IMG/VR virus record: IMGVR_UViG_3300043028_000007
Coordinates: 86,239 to 150,238 of that record
Strand: one strand, 5' to 3'
Source of the DNA: a virus
Length of the DNA stretch: 64,000 nucleotides
Numbering within the stretch: position 1 is the first letter of the stretch; each line of letters opens with the position of its first letter. This document shows, piece by piece, positions 39,780 through 48,241 of the stretch. Under the pieces are notes generated by a model. It saw only the letters and a list, made by a program, of their open reading frames with translations, made no database searches and was not told the DNA's origin. The position numbers and the translations under genes were made by a program.

Positions 39780-40550
39780 TCAATTATGATTATTATTAAC
39801 TATAGCTAAAACTATATCTCCTATATAGACACAGTTATCAAGAAAGGTCTGTTCATCATCGATATCTGTATATGTTAATATAGACTTTATAACCATGGTC
39901 CTATATTTGGAATAATATACTTTTCCGGGATCATTTAAATCGAACCTATCAATCAGTGCTATGGGAAAGATGTCTTCTACTAAGCTATCTATTTTAGATA
40001 TATAAGAATCGAGATATTTTTTCAATATAGGATATATCAAATAATTGTAAAATAGTCCACTATTCAATATCTTGTAGCCTTCTCTATCTATATATCTATA
40101 ATGTATCATATCCATGTAGTAAATGATAGGCATTAGAATAGTTGAAAGTATATATAGGCATTGGTATTCTGATAAAGTCTTAGATTCGTACAATATATTT
40201 GTTTCTTGAAAATTTTCTAATATATAGATCTGATCTAAAGTCTCTATAACTTTATTACGAATCTTTCTAAGTACATTCTTGTATTCTACATATTTATGAT
40301 TTGGGTTATCATAAATCTTATCTAGACTAAATTTTACATATTCGTACATTCGTAAATATTTGTGTCTTTTTTCTAAATTTAAGTTACTAAAATACCGCCA
40401 ATTTACTTCCCATATTCCAAGAGAAATTTTATCAAATCTTTCCAATTTAGACACTTTGTGTGTAGTGGCCTTAGGGCCTATTAATAAGTCCTGATATTGG
40501 AAAAGATATATGGGCTCATATCTATCTTTATATTCTACTATAGATAACAT
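39780..40550 (-). CDS. Divergent paralogue of the N-terminal half of the gp68-like subunit (256 aa)
   Basis: IWEVNWRYFSNLNLEKRHKYLRMYEYVKFSLDKI vs LYKVVNRFFQELTSHEQIRIARFYSNVHKQLDNI, 10/34 identical without gaps. Confidence 0.55.
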   Translation of the reverse strand: MLSIVEYKDRYEPIYLFQYQDLLIGPKATTHKVSKLERFDKISLGIWEVNWRYFSNLNLEKRHKYLRMYEYVKFSLDKIYDNPNHKYVEYKNVLRKIRNKVIETLDQIYILENFQETNILYESKTLSEYQCLYILSTILMPIIYYMDMIHYRYIDREGYKILNSGLFYNYLIYPILKKYLDSYISKIDSLVEDIFPIALIDRFDLNDPGKVYYSKYRTMVIKSILTYTDIDDEQTFLDNCVYIGDIVLAIVNNNHN

Positions 40551-40585
40551 CCAATATCTCCTTTATCTCCTTATGAAAAAAAGAA

Positions 40586-40609
40586 AAGGTGTATCTATCG
40601 ATACACCTT
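40586..40609 (-). terminator. Terminator hairpin
   Basis: aaggtgtatc-tatc-gatacacctt with T-run. Confidence 0.75.
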
Positions 40610-40617
40610 AATATATA

Positions 40618-41193
40618 TTAATTAATATTTTCCTGTTCTACTTCTTCTTTGAATTCTTGTATTTCTTCTTCTGTAATGTTGTCTGTTCTATGCCCATTTA
40701 GGAACTCTTTATACTCATTGAATTCTTTTTCATCGAACTGATCTTGGAACTTATCTAGTACTTCATTATATTTTACCAAAAGAGGTGTAGTCCCTTTCTC
40801 AACTTCTGTTAACCATTCTTCCAGAGCTATCATCTTATCCATTCCATATACCAACTTTAGTTGGTTAAATTGTTCGTTTGACTTAACTATAAAGTCATTG
40901 AGAGAAGCTTTGGCTTCTTTATACATTTCTATGTCTTCACTAAAGTCTTCTTCAAACATATCTGATCTGGTTTTAAGTGAATCTACGAATGCCTCTAATT
41001 TATCATCAAGTAATGTTAACATACTTGTCATTTGTTCATTGACCTTTTTCATATTACCAGCGAGCTGATTAATTTGCTCATTCTGTAGTCTAGTATCTAT
41101 TGGTCTATTGTTTTTAGAAACATTATTTTTTCTTATGTTATTCTTTTTCTTTAGTTCTTTAGTTCTTCTCTTCTTCTTGTCTATATTGCCCAT
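40618..41193 (-). CDS. Coiled-coil protein with basic N-terminus and acidic C-terminus
   Basis: MGNIDKKKRRTKELKKK..., heptad pattern, AAGGAG SD. Confidence 0.7.
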   Translation of the reverse strand: MGNIDKKKRRTKELKKKNNIRKNNVSKNNRPIDTRLQNEQINQLAGNMKKVNEQMTSMLTLLDDKLEAFVDSLKTRSDMFEEDFSEDIEMYKEAKASLNDFIVKSNEQFNQLKLVYGMDKMIALEEWLTEVEKGTTPLLVKYNEVLDKFQDQFDEKEFNEYKEFLNGHRTDNITEEEIQEFKEEVEQENIN

Positions 41194-41303
41194 TCTACTC
41201 TCCTTTTGATTAATTTGATATAAGATGCTTTAAGTTTGATTAAGATTAAAAAAGATAAATATTTTTAATTATAAAAGTATAAATATTTTATAGTAGATCT
41301 GGC

Positions 41304-41334
41304 AGGCCTGTATATACGTAGTATATACAGGCCT
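41304..41334. other. 14-bp perfect stem-loop in an apparently non-coding gap
   Basis: aggcctgtatatac-gta-gtatatacaggcct. Confidence 0.6.
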
Positions 41335-41422
41335 TACCTTATTCCCTTTAATAAGATAAGATATAATACCTTCAGTAAAGAATATAAAAGATATTATTAC
41401 TTTATTATGTATACTAACTCCT

Positions 41423-41608
41423 TTATATGACAACATCCATAAGACCATAGTTATCATAAGAGAGTTGGTTATAATGACTATTGAGTAGCTTATCCAAATG
41501 TACTACCATGACTACATGGCCACTTATGTTAGACTTAAGTAGTTTGGTATTATTATCTATTTCTTCTATATATAGAACTTTCTTATCTTCTTTCTCAAAA
41601 TAATCCAA
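41423..41608 (-). CDS. Small hypothetical protein (61 aa)
   Basis: In line with the operon; TTG start. Confidence 0.4.
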   Translation of the reverse strand: MDYFEKEDKKVLYIEEIDNNTKLLKSNISGHVVMVVHLDKLLNSHYNQLSYDNYGLMDVVI

Positions 41609-41614
41609 CCAGTT

Positions 41615-42016
41615 CTATTTTGTAGTTGGATTGGATCTTAATTTCTTAACTACGTAGTGTGTCATATAGTCAATTGAAGCATCTGAATCAGATGACAAAA
41701 TATCTTCTAAATAGTCTTTGTATGCATGAAATATCTCCGTATAAGTAGATATCCTAGATATAAGTGGGTCTTCACAAATATCATCCAGATTATTACTGCA
41801 CCATTCCGCTATCTCATCTATAGTTTCAAAGATAGGCGACACCGCCGGTGGAATAACAGAAGATTTGTTTTTAAGTATATCTTTTGCTTTAACTAGCTCT
41901 AGTCTTTTAATAGTTTCTTCATCCATATTAAAATCAGGCTTTGTAAATAGTTGGTATAAAACTTTTTCTTCGAGGTTCTCTTTTGTTACGATGTTGTACA
42001 CTTCATACATAATCAT
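41615..42016 (-). CDS. Hypothetical protein (133 aa)
   Basis: AAGGA SD. Confidence 0.6.
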   Translation of the reverse strand: MIMYEVYNIVTKENLEEKVLYQLFTKPDFNMDEETIKRLELVKAKDILKNKSSVIPPAVSPIFETIDEIAEWCSNNLDDICEDPLISRISTYTEIFHAYKDYLEDILSSDSDASIDYMTHYVVKKLRSNPTTK

Positions 42017-42052
42017 TTTCCTTTTATTATATTTTACATTATTTAAGTACAG

Positions 42053-42328
42053 CTACTTTAAGGTATTCAGCCAGTCGATCATGATTTCTTTAATATCCCT
42101 ACCGTTAAACTCATTTAGGCTATCCAGAACTTGCCTATAGTTTAAACAAGTCAAATAACAATCATCTTCCGCTAGAAGAAGATAATTAATTTGACCATTT
42201 TTACAGAGAGGATGTCTTTGATAGGTATCGCTGCTTGTACCTATTCCTATATCTACAAAGAAATCGTTTTCATTTTTTGGATCGATTAGTTCAAGATAAG
42301 TATCTTTATCCACTGCTTCGGCGTACAT
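42053..42328 (-). CDS. Hypothetical protein (91 aa)
   Basis: AGGAGG SD. Confidence 0.65.
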   Translation of the reverse strand: MYAEAVDKDTYLELIDPKNENDFFVDIGIGTSSDTYQRHPLCKNGQINYLLLAEDDCYLTCLNYRQVLDSLNEFNGRDIKEIMIDWLNTLK

Positions 42329-42341
42329 GCTATTTCCTCCT

Positions 42342-42971
42342 TTAGTTAATCATTAGGTTATTTTTAGTATATGAAAGAGCTTTTTGGAAAAGTTCTTTTA
42401 ACCCAGTGTAGGCATCGATAGAGTAGGTAGTAAAATAAGTTTCATTATCCCCGAGTATTGCTTCTATGCTGTAGTATGTTGTTGTCGTTATGTCTACTAT
42501 GATTCTGCTCATAAAACAAGCAAGATCCATAGGTAGGTTATTTGAGTCATGTTGGGAAATTGTAGCTTGTCTAATATCCTCTAATAGATTATATATATCC
42601 GGGTAATCTCTATGTAGTTCGGATAGTACGTGACTTATAATTTGTCTGTAGGCATATTCTGGTATAAATTTACACATCGTATGTGAGAATATATCAAGGA
42701 AAAACAAGGTAGCTACAGGAGTAAATTCTTGGTCTTTAAAGTTTGGAGAATAATATTCTTTATCCAAATCATTATGTATCTTATCCAATATAGTCTTAGC
42801 TATAGACCAAGTCATTTCTCTTATATCCACATTTTCATAAGAAGACGATATTGGCTTTATTCTGATGCTCAATGCTATTAATTTTGAGCTCAGTATTTGT
42901 AATATATTAGAATACAATTCATTAAATACCAATACGTATGATTTTCCAAATTTTTCTCTTTCAATTGCCAT
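42342..42971 (-). CDS. Hypothetical helical protein (209 aa), possible remote gp68 N-terminal paralogue
   Basis: AAGGAG SD; first gene after an early promoter. Confidence 0.6.
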   Translation of the reverse strand: MAIEREKFGKSYVLVFNELYSNILQILSSKLIALSIRIKPISSSYENVDIREMTWSIAKTILDKIHNDLDKEYYSPNFKDQEFTPVATLFFLDIFSHTMCKFIPEYAYRQIISHVLSELHRDYPDIYNLLEDIRQATISQHDSNNLPMDLACFMSRIIVDITTTTYYSIEAILGDNETYFTTYSIDAYTGLKELFQKALSYTKNNLMIN

Positions 42972-43018
42972 TGTGTCGACTCCTTTATATTTATTAGGTT
43001 TAATATTCTTTTTCTATT

Positions 43019-43037
43019 TAGTAATATATAGTTAAAA
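43019..43037 (-). promoter_or_regulatory. Early promoter motif
   Basis: TTTTAACTATATATTACTA on minus. Confidence 0.75.
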
Positions 43038-43057
43038 TTATAAAGAAAAAAAAAATA

Positions 43058-43084
43058 AAGTAAGTGGCTATTAGCCACTTACTT
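43058..43084 (-). terminator. Terminator hairpin
   Basis: aagtaagtggcta-t-tagccacttactt with a long T-run on minus. Confidence 0.8.
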
Positions 43085-43087
43085 CTT

Positions 43088-43381
43088 TTATATCTTAGCA
43101 GCCCAGTATATTGTATCGCATAATTGAGCTGCTTCTTTGATATCCCAGATATGATCATTTGGGATATCTTCAGTAGGAAGAGGAAAGTACTCCTCTTCTA
43201 CCTGTACTCCTGGCCATCCATAATTGGCCAGGAGTATACCTTCTTTATTATCAGAGACCATTCTCACTATAGTCCCGTGAAAACGATCTCTGAAAAGCTG
43301 ACGGTTTTTGAGAGCTATATGGTTCCTATGGCAGATGGCCCTCACTTCAAGATCTACCATAATGTCATTGTACTTATTCAT
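43088..43381 (-). CDS. Hypothetical protein (97 aa)
   Basis: AAGGAG SD, overlaps the upstream stop. Confidence 0.65.
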   Translation of the reverse strand: MNKYNDIMVDLEVRAICHRNHIALKNRQLFRDRFHGTIVRMVSDNKEGILLANYGWPGVQVEEEYFPLPTEDIPNDHIWDIKEAAQLCDTIYWAAKI

Positions 43382-43934
43382 CTTTTCTCCTTTCTTTTAT
43401 CAAGTCCCATACTTGATAAAAGTCTACATCGAGCTCCGGTAATCCAGAGCTCTGGAACTCTGGGTGCTCGATGTAAGTACACCAATTATCCTCTGCCCAG
43501 AGGATCATTTCCCTGAGCAATTCTAGTTGATCTAGAGAAAGCGAGGATAAACTTTCTCTAGCTTTATTATCAGAGGCATTGTGTAATTCTTCTGCCTCTT
43601 TCATTTCAGCTTCGTATCTCTCAACGATCGGAGTACAAAGCTCAAGAACCTCTTCATGTGTTAATCTGAAGAGGTTCTTTAGATTGTCTCCTATAGCTGG
43701 TATATAATATTCCAGAGATATATACCAGCTATAGGTCTTGATCGCTTCTTCCATGTTACCATCTTTGAATGAGGAAGCGATCATTTCCATCATTCTTAGA
43801 TTATTATCTGTTAAGTCTTTCAGACGATCTATTTGTTCCCATTTCTGATCGTCTGAAAGACCTTTGTGGTAAAAGCATCGGAGAAGGTCGTCGTACATAT
43901 GACCTCCTCCGGAACCTGCGTGTATCCAACCCAT
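43374..43934 (-). CDS. Hypothetical protein (186 aa)
   Basis: AAGGAG SD. Confidence 0.65.
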   Translation of the reverse strand: MGWIHAGSGGGHMYDDLLRCFYHKGLSDDQKWEQIDRLKDLTDNNLRMMEMIASSFKDGNMEEAIKTYSWYISLEYYIPAIGDNLKNLFRLTHEEVLELCTPIVERYEAEMKEAEELHNASDNKARESLSSLSLDQLELLREMILWAEDNWCTYIEHPEFQSSGLPELDVDFYQVWDLIKERRKDE

Positions 43935-43971
43935 GACAGACTCCTTGTCATGTTAATGTTCAAAAAATAAA

Positions 43972-43992
43972 GGGAGTCTGTAATAGACTCCC
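43972..43992 (-). terminator. Terminator hairpin
   Basis: gggagtct-gtaat-agactccc with T-run. Confidence 0.7.
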
Positions 43993-44090
43993 AAAACTTT
44001 TTCTGGATTTATTGGAGCATACCAGAACCAAGCCTGCTCTCCAGTGAACTTAGCGGCTACCTAAGTTCCTTGTCCTCAGCACTAGACTAT

Positions 44091-44399
44091 CTACTGAACG
44101 AAACCAGGGACAGACATTACATGACCCTGTTCGTTTCTCTGGCAGTCAGGATGACCAGTAGCCGGAGCTACTACATCATCTCTAGAACCTGCTAGAGCAG
44201 ATAGCACCATAGCCGATACGACATAACGTACGCCAGGCTGAGGTTCGGGAAGATTTTGAACTTCTCCGAAAACCTGACGACATACGTCGTTATCGAACTC
44301 AGAGAACGATGCCTGTACTCTGGCAACTTGACCAGAAGCAGGTAGCTCTCTGCCGTCATTTAGACGTAGTGCATGAGGAGTAAGATTTACATAATCCAT
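44091..44399 (-). CDS. NLTPH-motif small protein (102 aa), candidate Crn4-like ring nuclease/anti-defence protein
   Basis: VNLTPH...PASGQVARV...G.V.NLPEP.PGV.YVVS.MV.....R.D...P.....RN..G pattern of a widespread phage/bacterial family; strong SD TAAGGAGG. Confidence 0.55.
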   Translation of the reverse strand: MDYVNLTPHALRLNDGRELPASGQVARVQASFSEFDNDVCRQVFGEVQNLPEPQPGVRYVVSAMVLSALAGSRDDVVAPATGHPDCQRNEQGHVMSVPGFVQ

Positions 44400-44417
44400 G
44401 TATGCAAATCCTCCTTA

Positions 44418-44865
44418 TAATAAGTTAACTGAGTCTCTATGCTCAGCAATCCTCTCGAAGCGAGGCATAACTTATTAAATGAATAGGCGTAGCGGCTCTG
44501 CCCCACTCTTTCAGATAATGCGTTATCGATGATATTACTATCAGTCTTACCGATTATCCACCTATCTATGGACCTTGAATTAACTTATGTACTCCGCGTC
44601 GGCCCCAGGACTGGTCTCTTCACCCCGTACCGATTTTGCGTCCATGGTTATCCTGCTCTGTCTATCCAGGCTTCAAGCAGTTCTTTTCCACTCCATGGAA
44701 TGAGAGTCTCTATGTATGTCAATATTTGGACTCTGTCAGTTAGTATTTATAGTGCCAACTAATAGGGATCTCCGGTACTAGGTTCTATTATATATACATA
44801 CAAATATCATAATAGTTCCCGAAGATATATTTGGTGGAATTTGACACTAATAGAATAAACCATAA
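44418..44865 (-). ncRNA. Long GC-richer structured leader / candidate ncRNA
   Basis: About 450 nt with no convincing ORF between an early promoter and the SD; three-way junction at 44418-44477 and nested stems tccatgg/ccatgga and ctgct/agcag at 44641-44699. Confidence 0.4.
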
Positions 44866-44884
44866 TAGTAATATATATTTAAAA
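44866..44884 (-). promoter_or_regulatory. Early promoter motif
   Basis: TTTTAAATATATATTACTA on minus. Confidence 0.75.
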
Positions 44885-44915
44885 TAATACGAAATACATC
44901 CAATACAAAAAATAA

Positions 44916-44940
44916 ACATATGCCCTTATTGGGCATATGT
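44916..44940 (-). terminator. Terminator hairpin
   Basis: acatatgccc-ttatt-gggcatatgt with T-run. Confidence 0.75.
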
Positions 44941-44956
44941 AATATTCTTTATCTAT

Positions 44957-45568
44957 TTAAAACGGTATGTCATCGTCTGTACCCGATGGGCCGGCATCGT
45001 TTGGCGAGTTATTGTTCTTGTAATTGTTTTTATTATAATTACCTTTATTCTGCCATTTCTCTTTCTGCTTATTGAAAGATACAGTATCTTTAGATAGTCC
45101 TTCATTAATAGGTTTATGGTTTTTAATATACTCAATTAACCCAAGAGCTACTAGTCTGCTCTTTTCTTCCGGAGATAAATTATTTGGAGATTCGTCATAT
45201 CCAAACATATCCAGTTTGAATGTTTCGAATTCGGATAAAGACATTCCCTGACAACCTATATAGATAACTTTATCGTCGCCTTTACCAATTGTTAGACTTC
45301 TTTTATTTTTAAATTTCTTTTCTTTAAAATCCCAGTCTTGATAAATTAGACTTTTTCTACTTCCCGGAGGAGCAGATACTACTTTTTCCAGAGCCTCAGT
45401 TAACCAAGTACTTGCACCAAGACCCAATGGGAATTTCCACATAGGACCATTGCTTGAAGAACTATTGCTAAATACAACCAAATCGGAATTACCAAGAAAA
45501 CTGCTCATGGTCATCGACATGCCTTTAGTGACACCATTTAATTTAAAAAGGTTATTTGTATTAAACAT
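44957..45568 (-). CDS. chmC: Putative ChmC (phiKZ gp67-like) nucleic-acid-binding protein
   Basis: Position after sbcD and gp66-like genes; compact beta-rich domain plus N/K-rich disordered tail ending DDDIPF. Confidence 0.6.
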   Translation of the reverse strand: MFNTNNLFKLNGVTKGMSMTMSSFLGNSDLVVFSNSSSSNGPMWKFPLGLGASTWLTEALEKVVSAPPGSRKSLIYQDWDFKEKKFKNKRSLTIGKGDDKVIYIGCQGMSLSEFETFKLDMFGYDESPNNLSPEEKSRLVALGLIEYIKNHKPINEGLSKDTVSFNKQKEKWQNKGNYNKNNYKNNNSPNDAGPSGTDDDIPF

Positions 45569-45622
45569 ATTTTATCTCTCCTATTATTATTTGTATATAT
45601 CATGGATATCCTTGGTATTTTT

Positions 45623-46504
45623 TTAATAAAATCTACCTTTAAGTAATATATCGTAAGGAACGAACTGACTAAGTTGAGTCATGATCTTTCCTTCTGACAT
45701 AGAGTACCATTTATTGGCTTCAGCTCTTTTAACTAAAGCTTTCTTTATCTTACCGCCTTTAATGAGATTATGCAAGTACACTTTATCTCCTAAAGCTACA
45801 TGGGTATATTGATTGAATGGTATATGCTCTACCTTAAATACCTTTTTACCAAACTGACTCCATTTTTTAAGTTCAGCTGTATAACTTTCTATCAGTGTTA
45901 ATCTATTTATATTTCTATGTATATGAAAATCTATTGGGACATGCGATAACATTAGAGATTCATATTGAGTAGTATGTGTATTAGCTCTTATAGTTTTCAA
46001 TAGATCACTTGGTATATGGAAACCCTTATTCTGTATCCGTACTTTAGTAACTTCCAAGTGATCTATTAACTCTTTTTCTGACATAAACCCTACCTGATCG
46101 AAATATAATTTAAACTTCTGTATAGCGTGCCATGCCTTAGATTCTGTCTGATATTTATATGGTGGCTCGAATACATAAAAAGGAAAATATATAATCATAC
46201 TGATAGGGTACTTAAAACTATCCGCATACGTTTTGGTATATTCATATATATATTGTGTATATAAAGATATGTCCTTATATACATTATTTAACCAATTCTT
46301 ATTGTCTATATCTGTCTCATAAGTATTCCTAATTATAGTTTCCATATTTACTAAAAATAGGTTATATTTAGTTTTCTTAGGATTATCTATTTCGTATGCT
46401 AATTTATTTATAATGCGATTTAATCCAATGCTACATAGATTAATTATTTCGCCATCGTCACTAAGTTCCTTACCTTCCTTATGTCCATCTATGAAACTCA
46501 TCAT
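45623..46504 (-). CDS. Chimallivirus core protein (phiKZ gp66-like)
   Basis: N..T.IRN, SH.P.D, LIESYT and IPFN......GD motifs; coupled to sbcD. Confidence 0.6.
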   Translation of the reverse strand: MMSFIDGHKEGKELSDDGEIINLCSIGLNRIINKLAYEIDNPKKTKYNLFLVNMETIIRNTYETDIDNKNWLNNVYKDISLYTQYIYEYTKTYADSFKYPISMIIYFPFYVFEPPYKYQTESKAWHAIQKFKLYFDQVGFMSEKELIDHLEVTKVRIQNKGFHIPSDLLKTIRANTHTTQYESLMLSHVPIDFHIHRNINRLTLIESYTAELKKWSQFGKKVFKVEHIPFNQYTHVALGDKVYLHNLIKGGKIKKALVKRAEANKWYSMSEGKIMTQLSQFVPYDILLKGRFY

Positions 46505-47628
46505 AAGTCTCCTAAAAGAGTATTGACTTTTTGTTCAGAAAAAGAAACTATCTTTTTTTCTTCTAATCTCAAACATATTAAAGTGGCTAAATTCTCCTCG
46601 GTTACAACTACTCCTTTTTCTTTGTTTATTGCTATTTTTTTGTCTCCCAAGGCTATGGCCTTATCTTCTTTTTTAGACTGATGTTGATATCTCAAATATG
46701 GATACTTTTCTGTCATCTTGTGAAGTATGTGTCTCAATTTAAGATCCTCATGTATGACCCTAACGTATGCCAAAGTATTTTTAGGATATCTGTCTAACTC
46801 TGCTTTAAATTCATCCATTAGATTTTCAATATCTTCCCTACCAGAGTAGTCATAAGTTTTAAACTTAATAGCGTCTTTATTTTCTATAAAGTTAGGCTTA
46901 TTTTTCTCTATATACCAAAACCCTTTAGGTTCTTCTTCATTGTGTCTCAGTCTATCGAATGATCCACAATACAATACCATTGTCTCATATATGGATCTCG
47001 TATGGACATGACCAAAACATATTTTACCATTAGGTTTGATTATGTTTTTAAATTGCTTTAGTTTAAAGACTATCCTTGGCTGATGTTTCATAGGAGGTAA
47101 TGTAAAATCGAAAAAACCATGTCCTATTATTAAGTCACATAGATCCCATCCAGATATATCGTATAGTTCCTTGATATGAGTTATGATTTTATCTGAATTA
47201 TGATAGGGAACATCTTCTGGTATATATACTACTCTGATATCTAATTTATCTATATACTCTATAGTGACCTGATCAAAATACTTTACATCACATTTGAATT
47301 TAGACCGTTTATGTAATCTTTCCCATATCTTCATCTGATCCCTATCATGTGACCCAGTGCCTTTGAGCATACGGATTATGACATTGTGTTTCTCACATAA
47401 ACGATATAATTCAGAAAAGAAATCCATGACTACTAAGACATCTTCATTGTTCATATGTAGTAACGATTCAAAAGTGTCTCCTGCTAGAATTAATAAATCA
47501 GTATCTGGCAGGAGACCAAATATATATTTTTCTACATTTTCTACTATATGAGAAGTCGATACTTTTGGATGATTAAAGTGCAGATCTCCAGTATGTATTA
47601 TATTTAGATTATTGAGATTAGTACTCAT
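46501..47628 (-). CDS. sbcD: SbcD/Mre11-like metallophosphoesterase nuclease
   Basis: GDLH, AGD, GTGSHD, HG, GHVH and GSFDR motifs; start re-set to MSTNL. Confidence 0.88.
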   Translation of the reverse strand: MSTNLNNLNIIHTGDLHFNHPKVSTSHIVENVEKYIFGLLPDTDLLILAGDTFESLLHMNNEDVLVVMDFFSELYRLCEKHNVIIRMLKGTGSHDRDQMKIWERLHKRSKFKCDVKYFDQVTIEYIDKLDIRVVYIPEDVPYHNSDKIITHIKELYDISGWDLCDLIIGHGFFDFTLPPMKHQPRIVFKLKQFKNIIKPNGKICFGHVHTRSIYETMVLYCGSFDRLRHNEEEPKGFWYIEKNKPNFIENKDAIKFKTYDYSGREDIENLMDEFKAELDRYPKNTLAYVRVIHEDLKLRHILHKMTEKYPYLRYQHQSKKEDKAIALGDKKIAINKEKGVVVTEENLATLICLRLEEKKIVSFSEQKVNTLLGDL

Positions 47629-48238
47629 CTGACCAGTCGCCATCGTCGTCGTAAATTGGTTGAGTTTCAGTAGTCTTTTCTTCTGTAGACACAGCTTCTT
47701 TACCATAAATTTCATTAAAGCGATTAGCGTATTCTCTAAACTCTTTACGTGCTTCTAAAATATCTTCTAGATTCTTATCGTCGGCTTGGTACTCATTCCA
47801 AGCATTCATCATATTTATAAATGCTTCTTCTCGATATTTGGGAATATCGTGATTACTCATACGGACATTTATATCTACTAACTCACTGCTTTCAGGAGGA
47901 AGTGGCTTAGGATTATAAAAAGTTGGTGCTATAACTAATACTGTTTCCCCGGTATTATCGACTATAGTAATCTTTTCATAAGGATCGATTCGTTCTTGGA
48001 ATTCCTTAGTAATTTTAGATATTTCTTCTAGTCGATTATCATATTCTTTCATTTGTTCAGGATCGTTGATGTCTAACTCCCCAATATCATTTTTACGAAA
48101 CAATAGTTCGTATTTCTTAAATTCTTCAGTCGTAAATGTATTGTTGCGTACACTTAAATCTTTTAGTTCCTGTAACATACTTGTAAATTTTTTATCGTAC
48201 CGTTCTCTTTGGGACATATTAAATGGATCTTTTATCAT
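47618..48238 (-). CDS. Hypothetical protein (206 aa), acidic tail
   Basis: GAGGTG SD; operon context. Confidence 0.65.
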   Translation of the reverse strand: MIKDPFNMSQRERYDKKFTSMLQELKDLSVRNNTFTTEEFKKYELLFRKNDIGELDINDPEQMKEYDNRLEEISKITKEFQERIDPYEKITIVDNTGETVLVIAPTFYNPKPLPPESSELVDINVRMSNHDIPKYREEAFINMMNAWNEYQADDKNLEDILEARKEFREYANRFNEIYGKEAVSTEEKTTETQPIYDDDGDWSDEY

Positions 48239-48241
48239 AAA

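Noticed and set aside
41269-41457. 62-aa minus-strand ORF
   Set aside because: Overlaps the preceding gene, runs through a 14-bp hairpin, and the nearby SD is not followed by a canonical start
44400-44865. tRNA, tmRNA or hammerhead ribozyme, and the plus-strand 77-aa ORF 44529-44762
   Set aside because: No cloverleaf, T-loop or CUGAUGA/GAAA core found by eye; the ORF lacks an SD and opposes the local promoter
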